Origin: Okamejei kenojei
Lineage: Eukaryota
Direction of reading: 5' to 3'
NCBI GenBank assembly: GCA_035221665.1
Contig: CM069133.1
Location: forward strand, 99,386,001-99,450,000
DNA length: 64,000 nucleotides
A program made the translations under genes and the position numbers. Shown piece by piece: positions 25,040 through 38,120 of this stretch (position 1 is its first letter; each line of letters starts with the position of its first letter). The notes beneath the pieces were generated by a model. It worked only from the letters and a program-made list of their open reading frames with translations. It was not told the origin of the DNA and did no database searches.

Positions 25040-25830
25040 TCAAGTCGTTGAATTTATTGTCGTATGTACAAGAATAGTGAGGTACAGCCAGGTACAATGA
25101 AAATCTTTCTAACAGTAGCATTGCAGGCACATAGAAACACACAAAATCATAAATGATATCTTAAATATATATATAAATTCTGCAAGAGTGAAAAGAAAGA
25201 AAAACTGTGCACACAAACAGGACATTCGTGTAAAAGATGCACAATTAGAAAACAAGTCTATGGTAGTACAAGAGATGGCCTGTAGTCTGTAGAGATGATC
25301 AGTCTTTAGAAGGGTCACCCATTCCTTCTCTCCAGAGATGATGCCTGTCCCGCTGAGTTACTCCAGCATTTAGTGTCTACCTTCGATTTAAACCAGCATC
25401 TGCAGTCCTTTCCTGCACCGATGGTCTGTAGCGTTCTGTTGCCAAAGTAGTATTAGAGTAGTGCCACTCAAGAAACCGACATGTAAGAAAGTAGCTGTTC
25501 CTAAATCTGGTGGTGTGAGACTTCAGGTGTGAGACCTGATGGTAGGAGCATGAAGAGGGCATGGCCAGAACGGTCTGGATTCTTTATGGTAGATGTCGCC
25601 TTCTTGAGGCAGGGGTTGAGTCCACCTCGCTCTGTATCCTCTTGTGCTTTCCTGTGCATTAGAATTGCTGTGCCAGGCTAGTCACAATACTTTCTACAGT
25701 GCGTTGGTGGAAATTTGTTGGAGCATTCAGTGACAAGCTGAATCTTTTTAAACTTCTAGACAGTTTACACACTGATGCACTTCTTCATGATTATATGTAT
25801 AGGCTGAGTCTTATAGGACAGGTTAGCCAA
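25040..25830 (-). mobile_element. Rex-Babar LINE 3' fragment with a nested Penelope-derived insert (~25300-25415)
   Basis: Minus-strand HTTRFRNSYF and a TTTATTGTC tail, as at 45914-46200. Confidence 0.7.
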
Positions 25831-26499
25831 GATGTTAACACGCAAAAAACCTAAGCTACTAACTAACTAACTGACCCACTAATGCAACCAGTTTACCTGG
25901 TACCTGCAGAATCTCAATCAATCATTGGAAAATATTCTTAACATTGACAAGGTGATGATTAACTGAGCCAAAATTGCTTAATCGACTGCTGACTAGTAAA
26001 GCATCACCTTCTATCTCTATTTGTTTAGTTGTTGGCAGCTGAGACATTAACCCAAACAACAGTTGCCAGACTCAGATCAGGCTGTTCCCAAAGTCTGATG
26101 TTGCTCCTAGCCATTGACAGCTTTGAAACATTCTGCCAATTTAGAACAGAAAAAAAACTCCAGCATTTCTAAAACTAATGAACTCATAAGGTTGTGTGGC
26201 ACAGTAAGCAAGGAGGTCACGCAACTATTCAAGGATCAAACTTTTGTGACAACCCTAAGCTATATTCAGCTGGTTAGTTTGTGCTCTTAAATTTGGTCAA
26301 TTTGTCCAGCCATTTCCTAAGAAAAAAATATATATATTGGTCCCTAAGGACTGGTATCTTAATTTCTTCATAAAGTGCATGTGATTTATTTCTCATTAAA
26401 ATTGAAGCTAATCCTGTCATGATCTACATAAACTGTATTCTGAACTGTAGGAAGTATAAAGGTGAGGATTTGACATTAGGAGCAAATGGGGAGAGAGGA

Positions 26500-27945
26500 C
26501 TCAGTATAAAAGGGAATCATTGTAATTGTAAAATTGAAAAGCATGGCTTTATAAATGGCAATTGTGTCTAATGAACTTAATTGAGTGTTTTCAACAGGTG
26601 ACCAAGAAGTTTGGTGAAAGCAGTTCACGAGAGATTGTCTTCATGGACTGTAGTAAGGCTTTTGGCATGGTCCTGCATAGTAGGCTGATCCAGAAAGTGA
26701 GATCACATGGGGTCCGGTGAGATTTCGCCAACATTGGCTTGTTGGAATCAATCAAAGATCATAACATCATATAAGATCATAAGTGACAAAGCAGAATTAG
26801 GCCATTTGGCCTACCAAGTCTACTCTGCCATTCAATCAACCTATCTTTCTCTCCTAACCCCATTCTCCTGCCTTCTCCCCATAAACTCGGACACCCACAA
26901 GAGTGGTGATGGAGGATTTGTTTCGGATTGGTGGTGTGTTGTTTGCAATATAAATTAAAGGTTTGGATCAGAAGGTAGCTGGCATGATCAGTATGTTTAT
27001 GGATGGCACCAGTGGACAGTGAAGAAGGTTTTCTAAGGTTATAACAGAATCAAGATCAACTGGGAAAGTGGGCCAACGATTAGAAGGTGAAATTTAACTC
27101 AGCTAAGTGCAACGTGATGCCATGGCAAAGACTTTTGTATCTTCCTTAGCCATGAGCGAGCTACTGAAAGAATGGAGGATCTGAGAAATTAAACCAGACC
27201 AGGATATACACAATGAAAGACAGCCTCTGGGGAGTGTGGTAGAACAGAGAGACTTAGGGTTATAAGTACATAGTTCCCTGAAAGTAGTAATATAAGTAGA
27301 TAAGGTGGTGAAGAAGGTGTATCGTATGCTTCCCTTCCTTAGATGGGGCACTGCGTACAAGAGTTGGGATGTTATGTTGAAGCTGCACAAGATGTGGGTG
27401 AAACTGTGGTCATCATTGTGTGAAATTGTGGTCATCATATTCTTGGAAAGATATGATTAAGCTAGAGAAGGTGCACAGAAGTTTCACAAGGATGTTGCTG
27501 AGATGGGATGGCTTGGGTTATAAGGAGGGATTGGCTGGCTGGGTCTGATTTCCCTGGAGCGAAGGAGGCTGAGGAAGATCTTATTGAGGTTTATAAAATC
27601 ACAAGTTGTATTGGTAAGGTAGATGGTCACAGTCGTTTTCCCAGGGCTGGGGTGTTCAAAACGATAGGATATAAGTTTAAAGTGAGAAGGGAAAGATTTA
27701 AAGGGGACCGGATGGGCAGTTTTAAAGGGGACCAGATGGGCATATTTTACATACAAGGAAAGTGAATTAAGTGAGTACAATTACAATTTTGAAAAGACAA
27801 TTTGGAGAATTTAATCGCTAGGAAAGATTTCGAGGGATATGGGTCAAACATAAGCAAATGGGATTAGATGAAATAAACATCTTGGTTGGCATGGATGAGT
27901 TGGTCTGAAGTGCCTGTTTTCATGCTCCATGACTATGATTCTATT
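26500..27945 (+). mobile_element. Old CR1 LINE RT/3' fragment with a nested minus-strand CR1 tail (~26760-26900)
   Basis: Degenerate CLMNL..FMD.SKAF..V.H.RL and DLIEVYKI motifs plus a 3' tail. Confidence 0.78.
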
Positions 27946-30439
27946 ACTTCAGTTATAGCTATTGTGTAAGATAAAGGGAACATTAATAGTTTGTTGCTAT
28001 AAATTGATGAAAGTAAAAGATTTCTAATGTGTAATCAATGGTTGGTTCTTCCATCTGGATCCGAAACATTTTTAAGACAGTCCTTTATAGATCAAATTGT
28101 TAATAGATCATTTAAGATAGCAAACTGCAACAATCCTGGGTAATGGCACTGCCATCATTAAATATATGGAAAATGATTTATACCTGGGAGTGATTAAAAG
28201 AGTTCAGCAGATGTCATTAACCATATGAGTAAATTCCAGCCAAGAGATTTACAATTACCATCTGATTCATTAGGATACAGAATTTTCCCATAATCTCCTT
28301 CAGATTATTTGATCATAATTCTGCCACAAATAGATTCCAAAATTTGAGTTAAATTTGATAAAACAATATATGCATTTTTACAAGTTGCATATAATGGAGG
28401 ATAAAGAACTTCCCCTTCCATAGCTTTAAGCAACCAGTATGACACATGTCACTTGACATACTACAAGGTTTTCTGCATTAATCCAGATATTCTCTGTTGA
28501 ACTGCATCGTGTTTTTTTTAAATTTGCTGTGATTTGCAAATTGAATTTACCATTTTCTAATCTTTAACTTTTTATTTTGAATTTGACTGTCAAATGTTTG
28601 TTTGCAGCTGAATTCACCCAGATTTCTGACCCATGCTCATTAGGAAAATTAAACAAAGAAATTACACATTTATCACATCCCCAGAGGCAGCTGAATTGAC
28701 ATTGCACATTTCGCACACAAAGTAACATGTTCTGTCCGATTCCTTGTCCAAGTCCAGAGGGCTGGTCAATGGACAGAGATCAAATGATCTGTTGTGCCAG
28801 AGTAATGGGTGTCCTGAAAGAAAGGATAAGGGCCAGTAGGACAGGAAGCTGCAATCACAGAAATGGAATGTGATTGAGAGAGGGGGAGGGGGGGGGGGGG
28901 GGGGGCTTATTATCAGTGAGTCCTTGTAGAATGGGACTTGGGGACCCAGTAGTGGCATCAGGAGGTTTTTTTTGGTGCATGGGAGGTATAAAGGGATAGC
29001 TAAAAGGGAGCTGGAGGATTGGGGACCTTGTGCTCTTGGAGGGCTAGGTGATCAAGAGTCCATATGATTAGAGTTACAGAGTAATCAGAAGGCTGTAGGG
29101 TCTGGCAAATGAGGTATCAATGCTCCATGGGGTGTTCAGAGGGTGAAATCGGTATTTGAAGTGAGGCAGCGGGTTGGTACTGTGGAGCAGGTAGGTATCT
29201 TGGAAGATGGAAGGTTGGAACCTTTTATAACATACCATTGGGATTTTTAAGAAGTTTTCAAATGTGAACATTCACACCTGAACTCTCATATTTAAACCCA
29301 AATTTGAAAGCAGATATTTTTTTTGCCCTAATCAACAGCATACAATTTGCAAGTGTAATACAATAAGTTGAGTTGAACGTAATTTTTATACTATCAGTTA
29401 CAGCGATCGTTTCAGCCAAGGTGATGTGATTGAATTTCCCAGACAGTGCTCCAAGCAGAACACTTCATGGAGAATGACCTCACTTGAAGCTTGTCCACTG
29501 TACAAATCCAACCCAGCTACGGAAGCATCTCAGTGACATAAAAAGACGTGGAAATGATCATTATCATTTCTCACTCCATCCAAAGTGCACTTTAAATTGC
29601 ATGGCACTGAAATAAGCAGCATGACCTGACAGGATTTCCAGACCTTATTGCTATGTATTGAAACATCTAATTTGTTGCCCTCCTGTTATGGCTGAAGGAA
29701 ACAAAATGCAAATTATCTCTGTTATAAGCAATGGTAGATGTCTAGGAAGGAAAGTTATTTCAAAAAAACATTTAAGGAGCATTATAGCCATTATAGCCCG
29801 TGTGCTGCCATTTCTGCTGTGGATTACAATAAAGGTGAACATAAATTGTTCAGCTTTTGATACTCTGTGTGCAACATGAGATTCCGTTGAAGAGACATTT
29901 CTCAATGTTCAAGATCAACACCAAGCTTAACATGAATCCAAAGTGGGTTTAAAATGCTCAGGTATATCTCAGCTGCACCCGCTGAGTTTCTCCAGCCTTT
30001 TGTGTACCCTCGATTCTCCAGCATCTGCAGTTCCTTCTTTAACAGGTATATCTCATGTTGGGCTGTTTTATGAACCACTGTTAGGACTTTAAAAAAATGT
30101 TTTCAGACTGTGAACATTCACATCAAATTGCAAAACAAGTTTACACACTGATCTTTTATTTCTCCAATCAATAGAGAACAATTTGCAAGCATGGTCATCC
30201 CAAAGTATAACTTGAATTGAACATAATGTTCATACTATCAGTTAGTAAGTGTGATGTATCTGCAGTCTTGATCAGAGTTCATGTTACTTGATCAGAGTTC
30301 ATGGCAGCTCACTTACAATTATTAATTCCTCATTAAAAACGGATCCTTTATTCCTCATGTGTTTAATGATAGATTAACAAATGTTACATCATTAGCAACA
30401 CATCATCAACAAATAATTAACATTTGATTAACAGAAAAG

Positions 30440-30760
30440 TGCTTACATATACAATATATTTTATAATTCACCTCAAGGCACATTCAATGAAATCTTTAAA
30501 TATTGGTTCCTGTTATAAAGTGGAAATATGACACACAACTAGATTATACAGACAGCAAGGTAGCAATGACGATGCAGTCTGCTTTGTTTGGGATGTTCAT
30601 TAAGGGATAACTATTGATCTGAATGCAATGAATGGATCCTCCAGGACAGTGCTATAGGAAGTGTCTCTTGAATTCTACACTAGCTCAGTTGTGGCACAAG
30701 GTCCAAGATCCTGCTGATTTCAGTGGAGCATATTGTTCAAATAATTGGAAACCTTAGGTT
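30440..30760 (-). mobile_element. Very old Deu-domain SINE (SacSINE1/AmnSINE1-like) remnant
   Basis: GATGTTCATTAAGGGATAACTATTG...CAGTGCTATAGGA resembles the reverse complement of the Deu domain as I recall it; not aligned to a consensus. Confidence 0.45.
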
Positions 30761-31542
30761 ATTCAGATAAATTCCATTTAACTTATTTTCAATAATGTTT
30801 TTAGATTGTGACAGTCTGCAGTTTTATATTTTCAATTGATTCCTTTAATTTCAATAATTTTCAAATGTATCAAAATGTCCGAGACATTTTAAAACAGTTA
30901 CAAATCATTTACGTTGTTGGCAAGGCCCTTCCCCCAGCTTTGTCAGCTGTCAAAGGCTATCAGAGACATTGTAATGGTCAGGATGCCACAGTAAACCAGC
31001 AGAGGTCCTGCTGACATGTAGAAGCCAGTGATAATGGCCCTCTGCATTCCAGCTTGTGAGTAGAGAATAGGTGCACAATGTGGGCAGATGATCCTGATAT
31101 AATTGGAATAATTGGAAGTTTATCAGGTAGCGATCCACAGTTAACTACTGTATGGTCAGCAATTGATGAAAAGAGCCTATATATTTTAAATACCTTTTTT
31201 TCATTGGTGTGCACACATATGATTTTGAAAGGGCACACAACTTGTACTGCTCATACTCCCCATACCTTTCCTGCACATATAATATTTCTAACACAAGCAG
31301 TTTTTTGAATAATTAAAGGAAACAATTGAACTTTCTTTGCAATGTAATATTCATGGATATACTGTATGGGTGTTTCTGTAAATAAGGGTACCAACCTGTG
31401 ACATGGGTGGCCAAATTTGAAAGTTATTAAATCAAAATGAAATACCACAGGATTGGCCTACCTATGATTATATGATCCTTTTGAGCTAAATTGTGTTCAT
31501 AATTTATGAAACATATAAGACGTATGGGACACTTACTAATTT

Positions 31543-32224
31543 TGAAGCTGCCTTCCAAAATGTCGGCACCTAACCCACCACGTGGCCCGTAGTTCACGCC
31601 AGGGTCATTATAATCGCGTTGTTTGAATTTTAAAAACAATCGCGTATTTAAAAAAAATAGTTATAGTGCTATAAATAGCATTGACAATGGGAGGGACTAC
31701 AGAATGAGACATCGATAAAATATGTGTGCAAACTAGATTTTTATTTCACGATTTTCTATTCATTATTAAGTATTTCAATGGAAAGCACAAAATATAAACA
31801 ATTAAAAAAACCAATAAAAAATGGTTCACAAGTGACACATTTTACAAGTGACCAAAGGGGCACCGTTCCTCGTGTTCTGCTGCAAAAACGGGGCATCAGA
31901 AAATCTAATCAGGTGATAAATTATTAAAATCATAAGCATAATCAGAATTTGGCTTTTATAGGGTTATTTAATTGCAAAATGAATGTAATCTTTCAGGCAT
32001 AAATTAGCCCAAGGATTTGATGAAATCCTGCTTGAAAAATGTCACCAAAAAAGGCATGAAAACATCGGGACATATCTGATATTTGTAAATATTTATTTTT
32101 GCTTCATCTCATTATTTTGGCTATACACCATGATGTACAGATATACTAAAAATACAGGATATGAAACAATGGGAAATTACATCAAAAACAGGAAAATAAC
32201 CTGGAAGTTTGGAGACCAGTTTCA
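31543..32224. mobile_element. Possible non-autonomous DNA transposon
   Basis: Weak TIR: TGAAGCTGCCTTCCAAA versus reverse-complement TGAAACTGGTCTCCAAA. CpG-richer than its flanks; no TSD found. Confidence 0.3.
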
Positions 32225-33741
32225 CTACTGAGTGCTTTATTTATGGAAACACCCATATGTCTAATGGTCAAAACTTTGGCAATTTTGACCAGGAATATTT
32301 TACATTTTGATTTTCACACAATGAAAAAACTAATGTAACAAATGTTATTCAATAATTTAAATCGACCCACGTTCTGCTTTGAAATTAACTTGATATGGTG
32401 TTGATTCATAGCATGAAAGTAACATGCCTGCTATTTTGCTAATGTCAAGAATACAATTTGACAGTTCAAACATGTGCTAATAGATTAATCAGCATTTGTC
32501 TTAGTAAACACAGATGTGCAGAATCTTCACCTTGATTTCCAGGCGTGCAATTACAAGCAGAAAAGAATGACTTGTAAAAATGTTAAGTCTTTAAAAGGTG
32601 AAAAGAATATGCAATAAATCCTTTCTTTGTCCATTAAAAATACTAAATATTATTTAAAATAAAATGCCTTTTATTTTTCATGCATCATTGAATAGCTAAT
32701 CTCAATGCCTACAATTTGTTTTGACAGAAACTACTGAACAGATGTGTAATGCTTTGCTTTGTTTACGACGTGCAAAAACCTGTAAGATCATTAATAAGAA
32801 TGTGACCGTGCACTGTCCAGTCTTTCTATACATTACAGATGCATTATCCACAAGGAATTCAGTATATCACCACCATAGCTGTAATAACATCAATTCAAAG
32901 TTATTCTATTCCAAACGTAGAAAGTTGATTTCTGGTATTCTGTTGGTTGGTTTATTTTCTGCTCAAACAACTTAATCATTCTTTAATCTAATTTCTTCAT
33001 GTTTGTGTATGTTTGCAATTTAATGAAAATTATACTATACCTTTGACAGTTTTGGGGACATTTTTGTAATAAATTCAGCTCCTATAGTATCAATGTGGCA
33101 TGCTAGAGAGCAGGTGAGAGGTACTAGTTCCAATGCTTTTATATAGAGCTGGTACAAATGTGACAGGCCAATTGGCCTCCATCCAAGCTGTAACCACTAA
33201 GATTCTTTGTAATCTCAGACAACCATGATTTGTTTCTCAGTTTCAATCCAGCATTAGTCCTTCAGTTTATAAAAGCCTCCTTTTGTTTGCCCGGAACAGA
33301 CCCCACTTATTGTGAAGAAAAGATCATGGCATAACATGTTGCTTCTGCTAACTTGAACACAATGCCCCAAATGGTAATGCTGAATAAAGTCTAAGTTGCC
33401 ATTACGCAAAGTGTTGCTCATTAACTCTGTATATAGTCACAAGAATGGAAACATGTCAGGGAAATGGCACACAAACTCCGATCTTGGCACCCTAACTCCG
33501 ATCTTGTTGAATGAAGTAATTCACAGTCACATGGAATGCTCTTTGGGTGTAGTTCACATAGGCCATTAAGGACTCTTGAATACTGAACAATTGGTAATGA
33601 AAAACATATTTGTTTGGTTTGATCTGGTATGATACAAAATCAACAAATGTCAAACAGTTCAAGTAATCATGACATCAAATCTACAAGAACTAGTAGAAAT
33701 ATTAGTTACACAAAAGATCATGCGTGATCTTTAATGCTGAT

Positions 33742-34560
33742 CAGGGCCGGATTTAGATGAAGAGAGGCCCTAGGTTATTCCACTTGTGAGGCCCCTCCCA
33801 ATCTCCCACCCCCATGACGAGAGGAAGACGGAAGAGTCCACCAGATTGACACCAATGTGCAGCCGAGCGTGGCCAATGAGATAAGGAATGGAAAGCTTCA
33901 CTTTTTATTTATTGCCAGTGCTAGTGTTGAGTTATCGGCTTAAAACACTATTATTCTGAAATGGAGGGCAAGGAAAATTACTGAAGTGTTGTTTAGAGAC
34001 TTCAGTGCATTGTGACAGCATATTTAAGAAAGGCCTATGACAGTGTCAAAAATATTATACACCAGGCCCGTATGAAGCTTTTCAAAAAGGGGGGTAGCAT
34101 GGCAGGATTACAAAAAATGTATGTCAAATAAGTGCACGCAGCGCATATCCCAAGCACGAAGCTCAAAGACCCTTGCTGCTGGGGTCCTGGTCCCACTTAA
34201 GGGCCCAGGAAGCTCTGGGGTTTTAGATGCTTTCTGGTGCATTTTGAGCCTTATTTTGGAGCATTTTTGCACCAAATTTATGACCAATATTTCAGAAATA
34301 ATTTTGGTTGAGTCAAGAGTAATAAATGGTTGGAATGGGGTGATTGGGGACATTGTTGTACACATTTTTTAAATCAAGAATTTAAGCTGTCCTTGTTTTA
34401 ATAATCAAGTTGTACTGTAAAATGTTATGTAAAATGTTATAAAGGAGCATGCAAACATTGCAAATAAAATACTGTAAGTTTTGGCAGTAAATGAAACCTA
34501 TTTTTAGAAAATGTTTTGATTGCCTGTTACTGTTCAACTGTGTTTGTGCACATTAAAATA
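33742..34560. mobile_element. hAT-like non-autonomous element fragments
   Basis: CAGGGCCGGATTTAG terminus with GAGGCCC subterminal repeats; a second CAGGCCCGTA terminus at ~34063. Confidence 0.5.
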
Positions 34561-34718
34561 TGATGCAAAATGAAAGTCGCAAACTATGGAATACATATTT
34601 TTCAGTATTGTTATCAAGGAAAAGAAAGCAATTCCAATTGTTTGATATTATTCACATGGAGGAGAAAATGTAATTGCTCTAAAACCTACCTTAATTTTGC
34701 AATCTCACTAAAGATAAT

Positions 34719-34922
34719 CCCCCTTTCCCTCCCTCCCCTCCTCCTTCCCCCTCCATCTCCCTCCAGTCTCTCCCTCCCCATCTCTCTCCCCCCCCTTCCC
34801 CTTTCTTTCTCCCCCCCCCTCTCTCTCCTCCTCCTCTCCCTCTCTCTCCCCCTCTGTCACAATCCCTCTTGCCCTCTCTCACATCCCCCATCTCTCTCCC
34901 TCCCTCCCCTTCTCTCTCACTC
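34719..34922. repeat. Polypyrimidine (CT-rich) low-complexity tract
   Basis: About 200 bp that is almost entirely C/T. Confidence 0.9.
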
Positions 34923-35229
34923 CTACGCAGCGAGGCTCCGACTTCGTGCTGCAGACACCGCAGCTCCCCCCCCCTCCCACCGGCCCGGAGAAACGGGCAC
35001 TCCCACAACGCAATATTCCACTACTTACCTGGAGTAGACATGAGGCATCTAGGTGATTGTGTGGAGTACAAATGAAGATCTGAACCCACCCTGCACATGC
35101 GCGGAGAGACCGTGTCATAAATGGGACAAGCGTTCTCAGGAATTGATGGAGATGTTGCACTTCTTGAAGTTAAGCTTGAGCACATTCTTTAGTGTTTTTC
35201 TCTATCCATGCAGTAACCTTGTTCCACTG

Positions 35230-35720
35230 TGTTCAGTATAGAGTGCCTGTCTCGGGAATCTGGAGTCAACCTTGAAAACACCATTACCTGCCCAAGTAAG
35301 ACCTTGTTGCTTTGGATGTTGGCTTGGAAGAGGAAAATTATGTTGGTTCATTTATCCTTTCAGTGAATTTGAATCATCACATGGAGGCAGCTTTAGTGGC
35401 ACTTCTGTAAAGCCTTGAGATTCCTGTTGTAAGACTAGCCCAGTGCCAGGTCTGAGGTCTTGATCTTCAAAGACTCTTAGGCCAATGATGCAACTTTCAC
35501 ACCAGCCTGATGAGAATCACTTGATTACTGATTAATTCAATGGAACTAAGATGAACATGATTTTCTGTGAGCAGCCAAGTTTGAGGAGAGTGTTCCACAT
35601 TGCTTCCTGATTGATGGAATCAAAGATATTAGTGAGGTCTAACAAGGCCACATACGATGACTGGTGTTGCTCCCTGCAATTTTTTTGGGGTTGGAGAGCA
35701 GTGAGGTTCATGTCCATTCT
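35230..35720 (-). mobile_element. Degenerate RTE LINE fragment
   Basis: Minus strand reads QKNCREQHQSSYVALLDLTNIFDSINQEAMWNTLLKLGC. Confidence 0.7.
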
Positions 35721-35829
35721 ACCACAAAGTGGCAGAATCCATGCTAAATCACTCTTGGTGGAAATCTACACAAAACTGACAAAGCCAAAACACCCTGGCA
35801 GTACATGAAAAGAAACAGGTTAATTATAG

Positions 35830-36300
35830 CATAGTGTAGCACAGGAACTAGTCATTTGGCCGACAATATCCATGCCAAACATGATGCCAGGTTAAATTAA
35901 TGTTTTGACAGTGCTTGATCCATATATCTCCATTCCCTGCATATCCATAAGAATATCTAAACGCTCTTTAATGCCACTATTGTATCTGCATCCACCACCA
36001 CACCTGACAGCACATTCTAGGCACCCAACATTTTTTGTCTAAAAATATGGTGCTGCACACCTCCGTTAAAATTTACCCCTCTCAACATAAAGCAATGCTC
36101 TCCAGTCTTTGATTTTTTTCATCTTGGGATAAAGGTTATGACAGTTTGCCCTATCTATACCCCTCACAATTTTACATTCTTCTATCATGTCTCTCCTCAA
36201 CCTCTGACGTTCTAGAAAAAATAATCCACGTCTGTCCAACCTTCCCTGGAAGGTAATTCCCTATACTCCTGGTGGCATTCAGGTAAACCTCTCCTGTGAG
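35830..36300 (-). mobile_element. Old CR1 3' fragment
   Basis: Degenerate similarity to the other CR1 3' ends in the window. Confidence 0.6.
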
Positions 36301-36844
36301 GTTTACAGCAGAAGACCTTTCTGTGAAACACAGTAACCGTATATGGCAAAGCAAACAATGTCATTTTTCAAGTAGCATGGAAAGATTGATGATCTCAGCA
36401 TTGTAGTTTACAAAGCATCACATGAAATGAGTATTTTTTCAAAGCTCTAAAAACACTTTCCACAATCAGGTAATCAAAAATGGATAATCTTAATGATGCA
36501 GAAGAATCTGAACCTCAATTGAATCAACAACTGATGCCCAAACCTAAAATCTGTCAAGTGACTGGAAATCTTCCTCATATTTAAAAGGCATTTTAACACC
36601 ATGATATAAAGAGTGGGAGAAAAGTTATTTCAATTTTACTTCGGAGTCACGTGAGTGACTACATGAAGAAGCCCCGCCAGGCGCGTGCGCGTCATTACGT
36701 CGACGCATGTCGCAAGGGACGGGCTGGAGAGCACAGCTCCACCAGCGGTGAGTAGAAGACCTCGCAGGTAAGTGGTTTAAACTACTTTCCAGCGGGTATT
36801 TAGGCTCCATAACGCTGGCTTGCGAGTCAGGAGGAGCTTGTGGA

Positions 36845-38120
36845 ATGGAGAGCAGTGCGAGGAAATCGGTTCGTAGCAAGCGCGGGTCACGCAGTGATGC
36901 GGGTCCACCGTAGCGATCGGGAGTTAAGATAAGTGCGGTGCCGGTTCCGATACCAGTGGCCGTTATTCCTGTTGTTAACAAGCCTCCAGCTGCTCCAGTG
37001 TCGCAGGGCACTGAGGCCACAACTATAGGCAGAAAAAGTAAGAAAAAGTCTGTCAGGCCCGTTTTGTCTGATGGGTCTGATGAAGAGGATTCTCCTCCAG
37101 ACAGAAAAACAATGTGGGAGAGAATGGAACAAATGGAGTGAATGCTCCAAACTTTGATCAGCCAAGGGTCCAAAGACCCAGAACATATGGAGGCAGCCTC
37201 CGAAGGAGTTCCATACAATGAATATGGTGCCTATACAAAATGGGAATCTGACTCTCCAGTGCCTTGTTTAGGCCTGGAAGAGGTCTCCTTAGAGCAAGAC
37301 TCGGGAGTACTAGGGCAGGAGGAGACTGACCCTGAAGCTGGTGTCCCTACTCATGTGTATACACCAGAGCACAAGAGCCACGCTCCGGGTGTACCCGATG
37401 TAGCGCAAAGTTTTGCTATACCGGAAGGGACTGGTGAGGCCATGGAAGAGAACCTGGCTGCCAACATTAACTACATGGTTTCTCACCAGCTCCAAGACAC
37501 TGTTATGGCTGAAACAGCGGAGTTGTATAAAACACCTGTCAATTGTGCTTCGCTCAGGGTGCCAACAGTGAATTCTGCAATTTGGGCACCCATGAGTGCA
37601 ACGATGCGAGGGTAAGAAATGCGTTTCCAGCGTGTCCTCAAGCTAATATCAGCTGGCATCACTGCTTTTGGAAAACAGATACAAGGGTTGACTATGTCCA
37701 AGATTCAGAAAGACATGCTGGCATTATTCTGCAATGCTTATTTTGAATTAAATTGCATGAGAAAAAAAGCGCCATTTGGCCCACATTGCACCCTAGATTT
37801 GCAGGATTGTGCAGGGCAAGCAATACTCAGGCACCAGATTACTTATTTGGTGAAAACCTGCCAAAACAAAACAAAGACACTGATGAAGAGGCGAAAACAA
37901 TTGGCCTCATAAAACCTTTTATCCCTGCTCAGAGAAAACAAGCAGGCTGGATGCAAAGGGGGTTTGATTCCAGGGCAGGGACGAGCAGAGGCAGGGCAAT
38001 GGGTAGAAAGTACTATTACCCAGTACAGCCCAATATCAACCCTTATATTGGGAGAAGGAGACCTTCTCGGTCGTTTACTGAGGTACAGAAACTTCATTCC
38101 ATCACAGATAAAACTTCTGG
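36845..38120 (+). pseudogene. DIRS ORF1 (gag-like), disrupted
   Basis: Consecutive ORF pieces broken by stops and frameshifts: YKTPVNCASLRVPTVNSAIW, RFQRVLKLISAG and LFGENL, in the ORF1 position of DIRS. Confidence 0.75.

Noticed and set aside
34570-35160. Pro/Leu/Ser-rich and Gly/Glu/Arg-rich ORFs
   Set aside because: They are artefacts of the CT-rich tract.
36625-37218. 197-aa minus-strand ORF
   Set aside because: It is antisense to the DIRS leader and ORF1 and has no recognisable domain.
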